Sequence record: MK620896.1
Strand: one strand, 5' to 3'
Source of the DNA: Streptomyces phage Circinus
DNA length: 32,000 nt
The notes under the pieces were generated by a model. It had not been told where the DNA came from. It did no database searches and saw only the letters and a list, made by a program, of their open reading frames with translations. Position 1 is the first letter of the stretch, and each line of letters begins with the position of its first letter. A program made the translations under genes and the position numbers. This document shows, piece by piece, positions 1 to 7,812 of this stretch.

Positions 1-1
1 T

Positions 2-370
2 GGAGCGGATATTACAACGTGTCATAATTTCGTCCTGGCTCCTGGTGAGCGCGCAATTGTTGGCACGGGTATCGCAATTGCTCTGCCCGATGGCTACGCG
101 GCCTTCGTGCATCCTCGTTCGGGCCTGGCGGCAAAGGCCGGGATTTCCGTCGTAAATGCGCCGGGTACGATTGACTCCGGTTATCGTGGAGAGGTCAAGG
201 TAATCCTCATCAATCACGGTAGCCAGCCGTATGAGTTCACGATTGGCGAGCGTATTGCTCAGCTCGTTATCCAGCGATACGAGATTGCCGAATTCGTTGA
301 GGTCGATTACCTTGACGAAACCGAGCGAGGTTCTAACGGATTTGGCTCGACTGGAACGGTTACCGTATAG
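2..370 (+). CDS. dut: dUTP diphosphatase (dUTPase), 5' end cut by window edge
   Basis: Frame is open from base 2. Translation contains [28 protein letters not shown] and [10 protein letters not shown], the classic trimeric dUTPase motifs. Confidence 0.9.
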   Translation, partial: GADITTCHNFVLAPGERAIVGTGIAIALPDGYAAFVHPRSGLAAKAGISVVNAPGTIDSGYRGEVKVILINHGSQPYEFTIGERIAQLVIQRYEIAEFVEVDYLDETERGSNGFGSTGTVTV

Positions 371-382
371 TATACTGAACAT

Positions 383-559
383 ATGGTAAACGGATACTTC
401 CTCCGGGGAGTCAACGAAGACCACATCCTGGTTTTTCGCTCTGACGACCCGGAGGAACTTTTGCGTATTATTCAGCGGCTGTGCGCCAGTCGCGATAAAC
501 AAATGAAGGCGCTTGCCCAACAACTAGAACTGAATTGGTACGAAGGAGAAAAAAAGTAA
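383..559 (+). CDS. hypothetical protein (58 aa)
   Basis: ATG 383 to TAA 557-559, which abuts the GTG start of the next gene at 560. It is below the 60-aa cutoff of the ORF track and fills an otherwise empty gap. Confidence 0.5.
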   Translation: MVNGYFLRGVNEDHILVFRSDDPEELLRIIQRLCASRDKQMKALAQQLELNWYEGEKK

Positions 560-1585
560 GTGGCTCTTGAGGATTTCCTGTCCAAGTTGGACCCGAAGAC
601 TGCGAAGCGACTCAAGACGGCTCAGCAGATTGAGCTTGTCAAGTTCCCCGTTGCTTCCTCTGGCCTGACTCACGCTCTCGGTGGCGGAATCGGTGCCGGA
701 CGTATTACCCTGGTTTATGGAAACACCAGCTCCGGTAAGTCGGTGCTGATGATGCAGACCATCGGTTTGCTCCAGAAGCAGGGCAAGGTATGTGCCTGGG
801 TGGATGTCGAAGGTACATATGAGAAGAGTTTCGGTGCCAAGTTGGGTATCGACAACGACGAACTGATTCTGATTCAGAAGAAGTCGTTCGGTGGTATCAC
901 CGATGAGATTATGCCGCTGATTCGGGCGGGTATCGATATGGTGGTTATCGACTCTATTAGTGACGCTCTCCCCGAGGTCTTTGTTGACAAGGACGGAGAG
1001 GCTGTGGAGTTCGATAAGATGAAGCAGTTGGGTGCACACGCCAAGTCTTGTACGATGATGGTGAATGCCATTCACTACGAGAATGACCGCACAGCGGTGG
1101 TGCTGATTTCCCAGACGACCACGAAGATTGAGCAGACCTACGTCAAGCAGGTTCCGCACGGTGGTCAGAAGGTTCCCTTCGCTTCTTCCCAGATTATCAA
1201 GTTGACCAGCTCTAACACTGAGGGTCAGCAGATTATGGGTAACTCCTACGTCGGAGACCTTGTGATTGAGGCTCCAATTGGACGTAAGGTGGAATACTAC
1301 GTCGAGAAGAATAAGTTGGGACCACAGTCCCGCAAGGGCAAGTACGACCTTTATTACGCCGGTGATTTCGTTGGAATCGACGCGGTTGGTGAAGTGGTCG
1401 ATACTGCCGAGGCGTTCGGTATTGTGACAAAGAAGGGCGCATGGTACACTGTTGAAGAGAAGCAGTACCAGGGCCGTCCAAAGGTCATTGCCACACTCCG
1501 CGAGGATGAGGCGCTGCTGAATACACTTAAGGGAAGGATTTCGCTCGTCCTAACAGGCGAGCTTCCGGAAACAGATGAAGTTTAG
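560..1585 (+). CDS. RecA-like recombinase / ATPase
   Basis: 341 aa. Walker A GNTSSGKS, Walker B-like MVVIDSISD, and RecA-like length and layout (LGGGIGAGRITLVYG). Confidence 0.85.
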   Translation: MALEDFLSKLDPKTAKRLKTAQQIELVKFPVASSGLTHALGGGIGAGRITLVYGNTSSGKSVLMMQTIGLLQKQGKVCAWVDVEGTYEKSFGAKLGIDNDELILIQKKSFGGITDEIMPLIRAGIDMVVIDSISDALPEVFVDKDGEAVEFDKMKQLGAHAKSCTMMVNAIHYENDRTAVVLISQTTTKIEQTYVKQVPHGGQKVPFASSQIIKLTSSNTEGQQIMGNSYVGDLVIEAPIGRKVEYYVEKNKLGPQSRKGKYDLYYAGDFVGIDAVGEVVDTAEAFGIVTKKGAWYTVEEKQYQGRPKVIATLREDEALLNTLKGRISLVLTGELPETDEV

Positions 1586-1769
1586 CGATTTCATCGCTCA
1601 GCAGCCTAAGCAGGATGAGGCACCCAAGGGAATTCCGATTGACGGAGCCTTTGGGTGCCAAACCTGTTTTGAGCACGTCGATGAAGCTGAATACTTTCAG
1701 GTCGAGAAGATTTTGAAGTGGAAGTGCTCCGAGGGGCACATCAGCTACATTGAGGACTTTCAGCTATGA
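1575..1769 (+). CDS. hypothetical protein, possible zinc-ribbon (CxxC ... CxxxH)
   Basis: 64-aa ORF that overlaps both neighbours by a few nt in operon style. Contains CQTC and CSEGH pairs. Confidence 0.6.
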   Translation: MKFSDFIAQQPKQDEAPKGIPIDGAFGCQTCFEHVDEAEYFQVEKILKWKCSEGHISYIEDFQL

Positions 1770-2095
1770 GCGAGGCAGACGAGATTAAGCGCGATGGCGC
1801 TACGCCCGTGAAGAATTCCGGGCGGTCGAAGGGAACGAACAAGGGTGACGCTATCCTTGAGCCGTTCCTTGTCGATTACAAGGAGTACAACAAGTCATTT
1901 GGTGTGACTCGGGAATTCTGGGCTAAGATTTCCACCGACGCTGTGAATAACGGTCGTCGGCAGCCAGCTCTCAAGCTGGTTATTCGGGATGACGTTGACC
2001 CAGAGTCCAGGACGCCAAAGACCCGGCTGTGGGTTATTGGTGACGCGATGTTCCACGAGATGCTTGAGGCGTGGAGGGAAAAGTATGACGAGTGA
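1766..2095 (+). CDS. hypothetical protein; weak PD-(D/E)xK nuclease-like signature
   Basis: 109-aa ORF with an ATGA overlap to the upstream gene. GDAILEPFLVDYK fits a D...(D/E)xK spacing. The function is inference only. Confidence 0.6.
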   Translation: MSEADEIKRDGATPVKNSGRSKGTNKGDAILEPFLVDYKEYNKSFGVTREFWAKISTDAVNNGRRQPALKLVIRDDVDPESRTPKTRLWVIGDAMFHEMLEAWREKYDE

Positions 2096-2258
2096 ATTCT
2101 TTCCATGCTGCAACCACTGCGAGTGTCCAATAGATGCCCGAGAGGGCCACGATGACACCTGCCGCTATGGCTGTAACGACACTCAGGCTGATATTATTAC
2201 TACTCGTGCAATTGGCGCGGGTGGCTTGAAGCAGCCAGAGAAGAAGGGATTTAAGTGA
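2085..2258 (+). CDS. small Cys-rich protein (57 aa)
   Basis: ATG 2085 is preceded by GGAGGGA. Sequence contains CCNHCEC...C..GC. The track ORF 1989-2258 was trimmed to this start. Confidence 0.5.
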   Translation: MTSEFFPCCNHCECPIDAREGHDDTCRYGCNDTQADIITTRAIGAGGLKQPEKKGFK

Positions 2259-2593
2259 GCGAGTACAATACGGAGCACCCATTGGAGACAATCTCCCGGA
2301 TTACTGAGTTCAACGACCTGTCGGAGTTCATGCAGGACGAGCACCTGGACAGGGCTCTGGACCTTGCGATTAAGTGTCTGGCGCAGCCGGATATTGCAGC
2401 GACCAAGGCTCCCAAGTTGATTGTTGAGCTACAGGCAATTTCGTTCAAGTTCGCTGTGAAGGCTGTCGAGTACGCGACCATCAAGAAGGACCGTGCTGGC
2501 ACCGACAACAACCACAAGAAGAACATTTACTACAGCACCAAGGAAGCGCTCGACCGTCTTGTGGACGCCCTCAAGTACGCTGCCAGGGCCTAG
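2255..2593 (+). CDS. hypothetical protein
   Basis: 112-aa ORF with a GTGA overlap to the upstream stop. Confidence 0.7.
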   Translation: MSEYNTEHPLETISRITEFNDLSEFMQDEHLDRALDLAIKCLAQPDIAATKAPKLIVELQAISFKFAVKAVEYATIKKDRAGTDNNHKKNIYYSTKEALDRLVDALKYAARA

Positions 2594-2604
2594 TAGAAAA
2601 GTCT

Positions 2605-3432
2605 GTGGGGAAATGCTATAATGGGTACAAAAGAAAAGGATTAAAGAACTTGTCACGAAATATTATCTCCGGCCTCAAGTTCCGTAAGCAGCCGGAAGGC
2701 TTTAATGCGATTGAGCTTGCGGACATGCTAGAGGCTGCGTATATGCAGCAGAAGCGTCCGGATAAGCATACCCAGAAGAAGACGTTTTCCCCCAGCACCA
2801 TCGGTTATGGCCACGGAACCTGCCCTAGGTATTGGTTCCTGGCCTTTACTGGTGCTCCATTCGTGGAGTCCGTAGATGCTCTCGGCATCGCCAATATGGC
2901 GAACGGTACTCAGGCGCACGAGCGTATCGAAGCACTTTTCGATGCCTCGGGTATTCGCCTGGGCAACGAGATTGAGATTACGATGGTTGACCCGCCTATT
3001 CGCGGCTATGCTGACGTAGAAATCGATTGGAAGGGCGAGCCCGTTATCGGCGAGATTAAGACTACTCGCCAGGAAGCGTTCCTTGTCCGTGAAGCATCTG
3101 GTAAGCCAAGCGTTAACCACCTGTTCCAGATTCTCATTTACATGCGAGCCCGTCAGCGTAAGCTGGGCTTCTTGCTGTATGAGAACAAGAATTCGCAGGA
3201 GTTCCTGGTTATCCCGATTGAGATGACCGAGAAGAACGCTGAGATTCTTGACAGCGCTCTTGAGTGGATGCGTACCGTCTATAAGTCGTACGAGGAGCAG
3301 ACAGCTCCGATGCGTCCATGGAAGAAGCAGGTCAAGGTTTGCCAGGGCTGTCCCGTAAAGGATTGGTGCTGGAGTGATGAATCTCCGGAGGGTGTCGAAG
3401 ATATTCCTCGCATGGAGGTTCCAACGCTGTGA
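2605..3432 (+). CDS. Cas4/RecB-family PD-(D/E)xK exonuclease with Cys cluster
   Basis: N-terminal Cys (GHGTCPRYWF), ADVEI ... GEIKT core, QILIYM, and C-terminal CQGCPVKDWC, together the 4-Cys Fe-S pattern of Cas4-like nucleases. The start is uncertain: an extended -10 (TGCTATAAT, 2614-2622) argues for a later in-frame start such as TTG 2650. Confidence 0.8.
   Translation: MGKCYNGYKRKGLKNLSRNIISGLKFRKQPEGFNAIELADMLEAAYMQQKRPDKHTQKKTFSPSTIGYGHGTCPRYWFLAFTGAPFVESVDALGIANMANGTQAHERIEALFDASGIRLGNEIEITMVDPPIRGYADVEIDWKGEPVIGEIKTTRQEAFLVREASGKPSVNHLFQILIYMRARQRKLGFLLYENKNSQEFLVIPIEMTEKNAEILDSALEWMRTVYKSYEEQTAPMRPWKKQVKVCQGCPVKDWCWSDESPEGVEDIPRMEVPTL
2614..2622 (+). promoter_or_regulatory. extended -10 promoter element TGCTATAAT
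   Basis: Exact TGnTATAAT match in the gap after the 2255-2593 CDS. The -35 region is weak. Confidence 0.4.
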
Positions 3433-3710
3433 GGATTTGCGCATACGCTGAATGTGGCCTTGAGTTTGAACCTAAGACACATAATCAGCGCTACTGCTCT
3501 GACGATTGTTGCCGTCGTGCCACTAATGCTCGTCTCATGAAGCAGTATTATGAGAAGAAGGCGCGTCGGCAGGGTCGCATTCGCGTGTGCGCCACTTCTG
3601 GTTGTGACACCCGGCTATCCCGATATAATGACGGAAAGGTCTGCCAGAAGTGTGCTGCGGCTCGGGAGACTGAGCGGAGGCAGCAGTTGCTAAATATTGT
3701 GGGTCTATAA
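3429..3710 (+). CDS. zinc-finger protein, hypothetical
   Basis: 93 aa with a GTGA overlap. Several Cys pairs (CAYAEC, CSDDCC, CATSGC, CQKC) and basic linkers. Confidence 0.7.
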   Translation: MRICAYAECGLEFEPKTHNQRYCSDDCCRRATNARLMKQYYEKKARRQGRIRVCATSGCDTRLSRYNDGKVCQKCAAARETERRQQLLNIVGL

Positions 3711-4286
3711 GTGGGGCTAGGAGAACTAAAGAGGACTAAAGCCAGCAAGGTGATGGGCATTGACTGCTCGACACAGGCGCTGGCTTTTACCATCTTTTAC
3801 AATCGCAGGCCGATTCACTGGGGCAAGATAAACTTCGAGGGCGCAGATGTCTTCGAGCGTCTTGCCGATGCAGCGGATAAGCTGCGGGCTGTGAAGGAAG
3901 AATTTGACGTAGACTACATCGCTTTTGAGGCTGCTATCATGGCTAAGGTGAAAAACCCGGATGTCACGATTAAGCTGGCGATGGTCTACGGTGCCTGTAT
4001 CGCAGAGCTGATGCGTAAGAACGTCAAGGTTGTTACCGTCAAGCCTCTGGAGTGGCAGTCATATATTGGAAACCCTAATTTCAAGTTGGCTGAGAAGAAC
4101 GCCTTGAAGGCAGAGTTTCCGGGGAAGTCAGCTTCGTGGTACTCCACGAAGATTCGTTCGATTCGTAAGCAGCGAACGATGGACTTCTTCAACAAGAAGT
4201 GGCCGCAGATGGCTCTAACAGATAATGATGTTGGAGACAGCGCGGGTATCGCATACTTCGCTTACCACACCTTGACCTCTAGGTAG
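3711..4286 (+). CDS. ruvC: RuvC-like Holliday junction resolvase
   Basis: VMGIDCS near the N-terminus (first catalytic Asp), IAFEAA (Glu), and later acidic residues, as in the RuvC/RNase H fold. An alternative ATG start lies about 14 codons downstream. Confidence 0.75.
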   Translation: MGLGELKRTKASKVMGIDCSTQALAFTIFYNRRPIHWGKINFEGADVFERLADAADKLRAVKEEFDVDYIAFEAAIMAKVKNPDVTIKLAMVYGACIAELMRKNVKVVTVKPLEWQSYIGNPNFKLAEKNALKAEFPGKSASWYSTKIRSIRKQRTMDFFNKKWPQMALTDNDVGDSAGIAYFAYHTLTSR

Positions 4287-4303
4287 GTCGTGAGGTACCA
4301 TGA

Positions 4304-4336
4304 GGGGACCGGGCAACTGGTCCCCTTAAGCTTTTT
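4304..4336 (+). terminator. hairpin GGGGACC/GGTCCCC followed by TTAAGCTTTTT
   Basis: Stem and T-run read directly from the sequence, downstream of ruvC. Confidence 0.6.
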
Positions 4337-4346
4337 AGGAGGAGAT

Positions 4347-4853
4347 ATGATTGTTGTTGGCACAGGCCATCGACCAGAAAAGATTACCGACAGAGATTGG
4401 CTCCTGGAAAATATCGGCTATGTCTATGAGCTAGCTGGGGCCGAGAAGGTAATTCAGGGTTGTGCAGCAGGAGCAGACCTCCTGTTTGCATATGCAGCTC
4501 ACAGTATGGGTATTCCTTATGTGGCTGCCAAGCCGTGGGAAAACCACAAGTCGAGAATGGGCGGGTCTTCTGGATTCAAGCATGACGATGCTGTCGTTTA
4601 TGACCTGATGATTAAGCACGCGTCAGAGATTGTAAACGTCACCGGAGCTGTGGAGTATCCTGGACCGTGGGCCTATTTCAAGCGCAACGAATGGATGGTT
4701 GACCAGATTACTCCCGAGACGGGAATTGTTCTGGCAGCCTGGGACGGAACCAAGAGCGGTACTCAGGCGACGGTTACTTATGCTCTGGACAAGGGCATTC
4801 GTGTATTCCAGCTTGACCCACTGAACAACAAGGTGGTGGGTTGGATTGAGTAA
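4347..4853 (+). CDS. SLOG/Rossmann-like protein (DUF1273/YspA- or DprA-like)
   Basis: ATG 4347 is preceded by AGGAGGAG. Contains VGTGHRPEK, QGCAAGADLLFAYAA and AAWDGTKSGTQ. The track ORF was trimmed because its first 19 codons cover a terminator hairpin. Confidence 0.55.
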   Translation: MIVVGTGHRPEKITDRDWLLENIGYVYELAGAEKVIQGCAAGADLLFAYAAHSMGIPYVAAKPWENHKSRMGGSSGFKHDDAVVYDLMIKHASEIVNVTGAVEYPGPWAYFKRNEWMVDQITPETGIVLAAWDGTKSGTQATVTYALDKGIRVFQLDPLNNKVVGWIE

Positions 4854-4995
4854 ACTGTATAACTCCAAGGCATGGCTGCGTAAGCGCTACCTTGTGGACA
4901 AGAAGACTCCGCAGGAAATTGCGGACGAGTGTGGGGTTGCGATGATGACTATTTATCGTAAGCTCCAGGAGCAGGGGCTCATCAAAAAGCGATGA
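4846..4995 (+). CDS. small helix-turn-helix DNA-binding protein (49 aa)
   Basis: TTG 4846 overlaps the upstream stop, and the stop overlaps the next ATG (ATGA at 4992). TPQEIADECGVAMMTIYRKL looks like a typical HTH. Confidence 0.5.
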   Translation: MSKLYNSKAWLRKRYLVDKKTPQEIADECGVAMMTIYRKLQEQGLIKKR

Positions 4996-5618
4996 GATAC
5001 ACAATTTTTAGCGTGGATGATAGGCGCTCCCACTACACCACCAAGATTCGAAACAGCCTGGATTGGGAGCAGGTGGCCACCGAGTGTGTGGACGGCCGGG
5101 TTAGAGAGCAGCTTGAGGCTGCACAGCAAAAGCATCCGTACCCAGTTAATTTCGATGCTAAGGTTGGTCACCTAGGGATTTGGTACACGGTGCTAAATTC
5201 TTTTGAGCACGCTCCATTGGTGACCTTCGAAGACGATGCTATGCTCGGTCCTGACTTTGTGATACACTTCGGTTGGCGAGTGGCAGAGCTGCCAGAGGAC
5301 TTCGATTTCTTCTCGCTGTTCCTGCCCCGAGATAGTGACCACATGTATAATCCTTCCCTGTCATCTGGGAACTTTACATGTCGGACCTATCAGCGCTATG
5401 GTGGAGTCTCCATGTTCTACAGCAAGCAAGGCGTGGAGAAAATTCGCCGGTTGCTTGAGCGAGACGGCTTCACCGGACAGTATGATGACACCCTGTACGC
5501 ATACGCCAAGTCTGGCGAGTTGAACGGATACTGTTCCAAGCCGAATTGCTCGGACCTTGTTTATATCAGTGGGGTAGAACCCAGCATCGTTCAGGAGACA
5601 GAAAAGTATGACGGTTAG
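4992..5618 (+). CDS. glycosyltransferase family 25-like protein
   Basis: 208 aa. GHLGIWYTVLNSFE followed by VTFEDDAML..DF resembles the GT25 (LPS beta-1,4-galactosyltransferase-type) core. Confidence 0.55.
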   Translation: MRYTIFSVDDRRSHYTTKIRNSLDWEQVATECVDGRVREQLEAAQQKHPYPVNFDAKVGHLGIWYTVLNSFEHAPLVTFEDDAMLGPDFVIHFGWRVAELPEDFDFFSLFLPRDSDHMYNPSLSSGNFTCRTYQRYGGVSMFYSKQGVEKIRRLLERDGFTGQYDDTLYAYAKSGELNGYCSKPNCSDLVYISGVEPSIVQETEKYDG

Positions 5619-6102
5619 AAATTTTGTATTTATCGACTGCGAGACCACGGGGCTTAACCCCAAGGAAGACAAGTTGGTCGAGCTGACTTATGCGACCAAC
5701 GACAGCCATTTCCGGACGCTGTACTTTGGCGTTACCGAGGTTCCTCCGTTTATCGATGAGCTGACTAAGTTCACCGAGCGCGGGGTTGCTGATGAGCCTC
5801 ACGCAAGCCTTGCACAGATTAACGACTTCCTGGAGACGCTGGACGACCAGACGATGGTCTCGGCTAACCCCGCTTTCGACAAGGCGTTTCTGGAGGAGAA
5901 TGGTCTGTGGAATGGCCACTACCGTGTGCTTGACATTGAGGCATACGCCATGGCAAAGTTGGGTCTCGACTTTGTTCCCAGCATGAAGAATATCTACGAC
6001 ATGCTGACGGAGCGCGGCTATAAGCTGACGACTCCGGACCACTCTTCGTACAAGGACACCAAGGCTCTCCGTGAAGCCTTCAACATTCTGAGGTATATGT
6101 AA
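5608..6102 (+). CDS. DEDD-family (DnaQ-like) 3'-5' exonuclease
   Basis: FIDCETTGL (Exo I), SANPAFDKAFL (Exo II) and HSSYKDTKAL (Exo III). Confidence 0.85.
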   Translation: MTVRNFVFIDCETTGLNPKEDKLVELTYATNDSHFRTLYFGVTEVPPFIDELTKFTERGVADEPHASLAQINDFLETLDDQTMVSANPAFDKAFLEENGLWNGHYRVLDIEAYAMAKLGLDFVPSMKNIYDMLTERGYKLTTPDHSSYKDTKALREAFNILRYM

Positions 6103-6103
6103 A

Positions 6104-6658
6104 ATGAAGATTCTCGGCCTCGCAGGCTACGCAAGGTCCGGGAAGGATACGGCAGGAAACGCTCTCGAAGCAGATGGGTGGAAGCGAGTTGCTTTTGCTG
6201 ATGTGCTTCGAGAGTTTGCCTATACCCTGAACCCGGTTATTCAGAGCGAGCACGGTTTTTACACTCCTCTCCAGTGGGTCATTGATGAGTACGGCTGGAA
6301 CGGCTACAAGCGTACTCAGTGGGCAGAAGGCGTCCGCGACCTCCTCCAGCGGCTCGGTACCGAATGCGGACGTGAGCTTATTTCCCAGAACATCTGGGTG
6401 GACGCCACGTTTAATCGCATGGACCCTAATTTCAACTACGTCATCTCAGACATGCGCTTCCCGAACGAGGCGTCTGCCATCCTGGCTCGTGGTGGACATC
6501 TGCTGCGTATCGAGCGACCGGGTGTTGGGCCAGCCAATGGCCATAAGTCTGAGACTGCCCTGGACGACTGGGACCTTGACGTTATCCTCAATGACAGAAC
6601 GCAGGGACAATTTGAGGTCGAGGTCCGACAGTATGTCGCCAAGTACATTTCTAGTTGA
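6104..6658 (+). CDS. deoxynucleoside monophosphate kinase
   Basis: P-loop GLAGYARSGKDT at the N-terminus, with the size and layout of phage dNMP kinases. Confidence 0.7.
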   Translation: MKILGLAGYARSGKDTAGNALEADGWKRVAFADVLREFAYTLNPVIQSEHGFYTPLQWVIDEYGWNGYKRTQWAEGVRDLLQRLGTECGRELISQNIWVDATFNRMDPNFNYVISDMRFPNEASAILARGGHLLRIERPGVGPANGHKSETALDDWDLDVILNDRTQGQFEVEVRQYVAKYISS

Positions 6659-6683
6659 CTAGAAATAAATGGTGTTGTACAAT
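6655..6683 (+). promoter_or_regulatory. sigma-70/SigA-type promoter TTGACT-N17-TACAAT
   Basis: Hexamers and spacing read directly from the sequence, in an AT-rich gap upstream of the 6704 CDS. Confidence 0.6.
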
Positions 6684-6703
6684 TAGTTTTAGAAAGGGTT
6701 TTA

Positions 6704-6877
6704 ATGCCACTTTACACGTATTACTGCCAGGCTGAGGACAAGGGTCTGGAGAAGAATGCTCCTATCGCACAGCGGGATAACCAGTGGTGCGAGGAGTGCG
6801 GGAATCGCCTCATTCGAGCTATCGACGCTCCGGGCGGGGTTTATGCTCCTACTTCTGGAAAGGGCCTCGCGGTCTAA
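6704..6877 (+). CDS. FmdB-like zinc-ribbon protein (57 aa)
   Basis: Starts MPLYTYYC and contains CEEC. Preceded by promoter 6655-6683 and GAAAGGG. TAATG overlap with the next gene. Confidence 0.6.
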   Translation: MPLYTYYCQAEDKGLEKNAPIAQRDNQWCEECGNRLIRAIDAPGGVYAPTSGKGLAV

Positions 6878-7188
6878 TGCCTCCTCGTCAAAAGAATAAG
6901 ATGGGCTCCAATCCGAATGCATGGTGGGAGAATGCCTACCAGTCTCATCCGGATATTGTGGCCGAGTTCGAGTACCAGTTTGGGAATGACACGCTTGTTC
7001 CCGGAACCAAGTTTCGAATCAAGTACATGCGCGGTGAATTCAAGTTCCGCTGCTTTGCGAGGAACACTCGTACGGGGGCTGAGTGGATTGACTGCCTGGA
7101 GGGGGATGCGGCTTTCCGTTCCTTCCGGGTAGACCGCATTCAGCGTGTAGTCAAGCCGAAGCGGCCACGCCGAAAGAAGGCTTCTTAA
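6877..7188 (+). CDS. hypothetical protein with basic C-terminus
   Basis: ATG 6877 lies in TAATG coupling. The track ORF 6784-7188 was trimmed. C-terminus is KPKRPRRKKAS. Confidence 0.6.
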   Translation: MPPRQKNKMGSNPNAWWENAYQSHPDIVAEFEYQFGNDTLVPGTKFRIKYMRGEFKFRCFARNTRTGAEWIDCLEGDAAFRSFRVDRIQRVVKPKRPRRKKAS

Positions 7189-7242
7189 ATTGTGTGGGAC
7201 CGGCTCAGAAATGGGCCGGTCCTATGCGGGAAGACAAAAGCT

Positions 7243-7779
7243 ATGAGTAAGGATATAGAACTACTCGACCGAGTAGAGCAGATGAATAAGGTGGTGGAAC
7301 GCTACCTCAAGGGAGAGAATCCCACAGCAATCGCTCGTGCCACCGGCATGAAGCGAGCAGACGTGCTTACCTACATTGACGAGTACAAGGAAATTGCTCG
7401 CAATGACGATGAGGTCAAGGAACGCGCACGCGAAGCTTTGCACAGTGCTGACAAGCACATGTCCATGATTATTGAGCGAGCCTGGGAAACTGTTGAACAG
7501 GCTGACGACTCCGGGGACATTAAGACAAAGGCCACGCTTCTCAAGAACCTCGCTGATATCGAGGGCAAGCGTGTAGACATGCTGCAAAAGGCCGGGTTGT
7601 ATGACGACGCCTCTCTCGGTGATGAGCTTGCCGAGATGGAAGAAAAGCAGCAGATTCTCATTTCCATTCTCAAGGAAGTAACCAGCGATTGTGACCACTG
7701 CAAGGTAGAGGTTGCCCGTCGTCTATCCAAGGTTACGAATAAGTCCGAACCCGTGATTATTCCGGGGGAGGTGAACTAA
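7243..7779 (+). CDS. terminase small subunit (putative)
   Basis: N-terminal HTH (NPTAIARATGMKRADVLTYI) and an acidic coiled middle, sited directly upstream of the large terminase. The start was placed after hairpin 7197-7222. Confidence 0.6.
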   Translation: MSKDIELLDRVEQMNKVVERYLKGENPTAIARATGMKRADVLTYIDEYKEIARNDDEVKERAREALHSADKHMSMIIERAWETVEQADDSGDIKTKATLLKNLADIEGKRVDMLQKAGLYDDASLGDELAEMEEKQQILISILKEVTSDCDHCKVEVARRLSKVTNKSEPVIIPGEVN

Positions 7780-7812
7780 ACCCTTCCGCCTTCGGGCGGA
7801 GGGGCTATTGTC

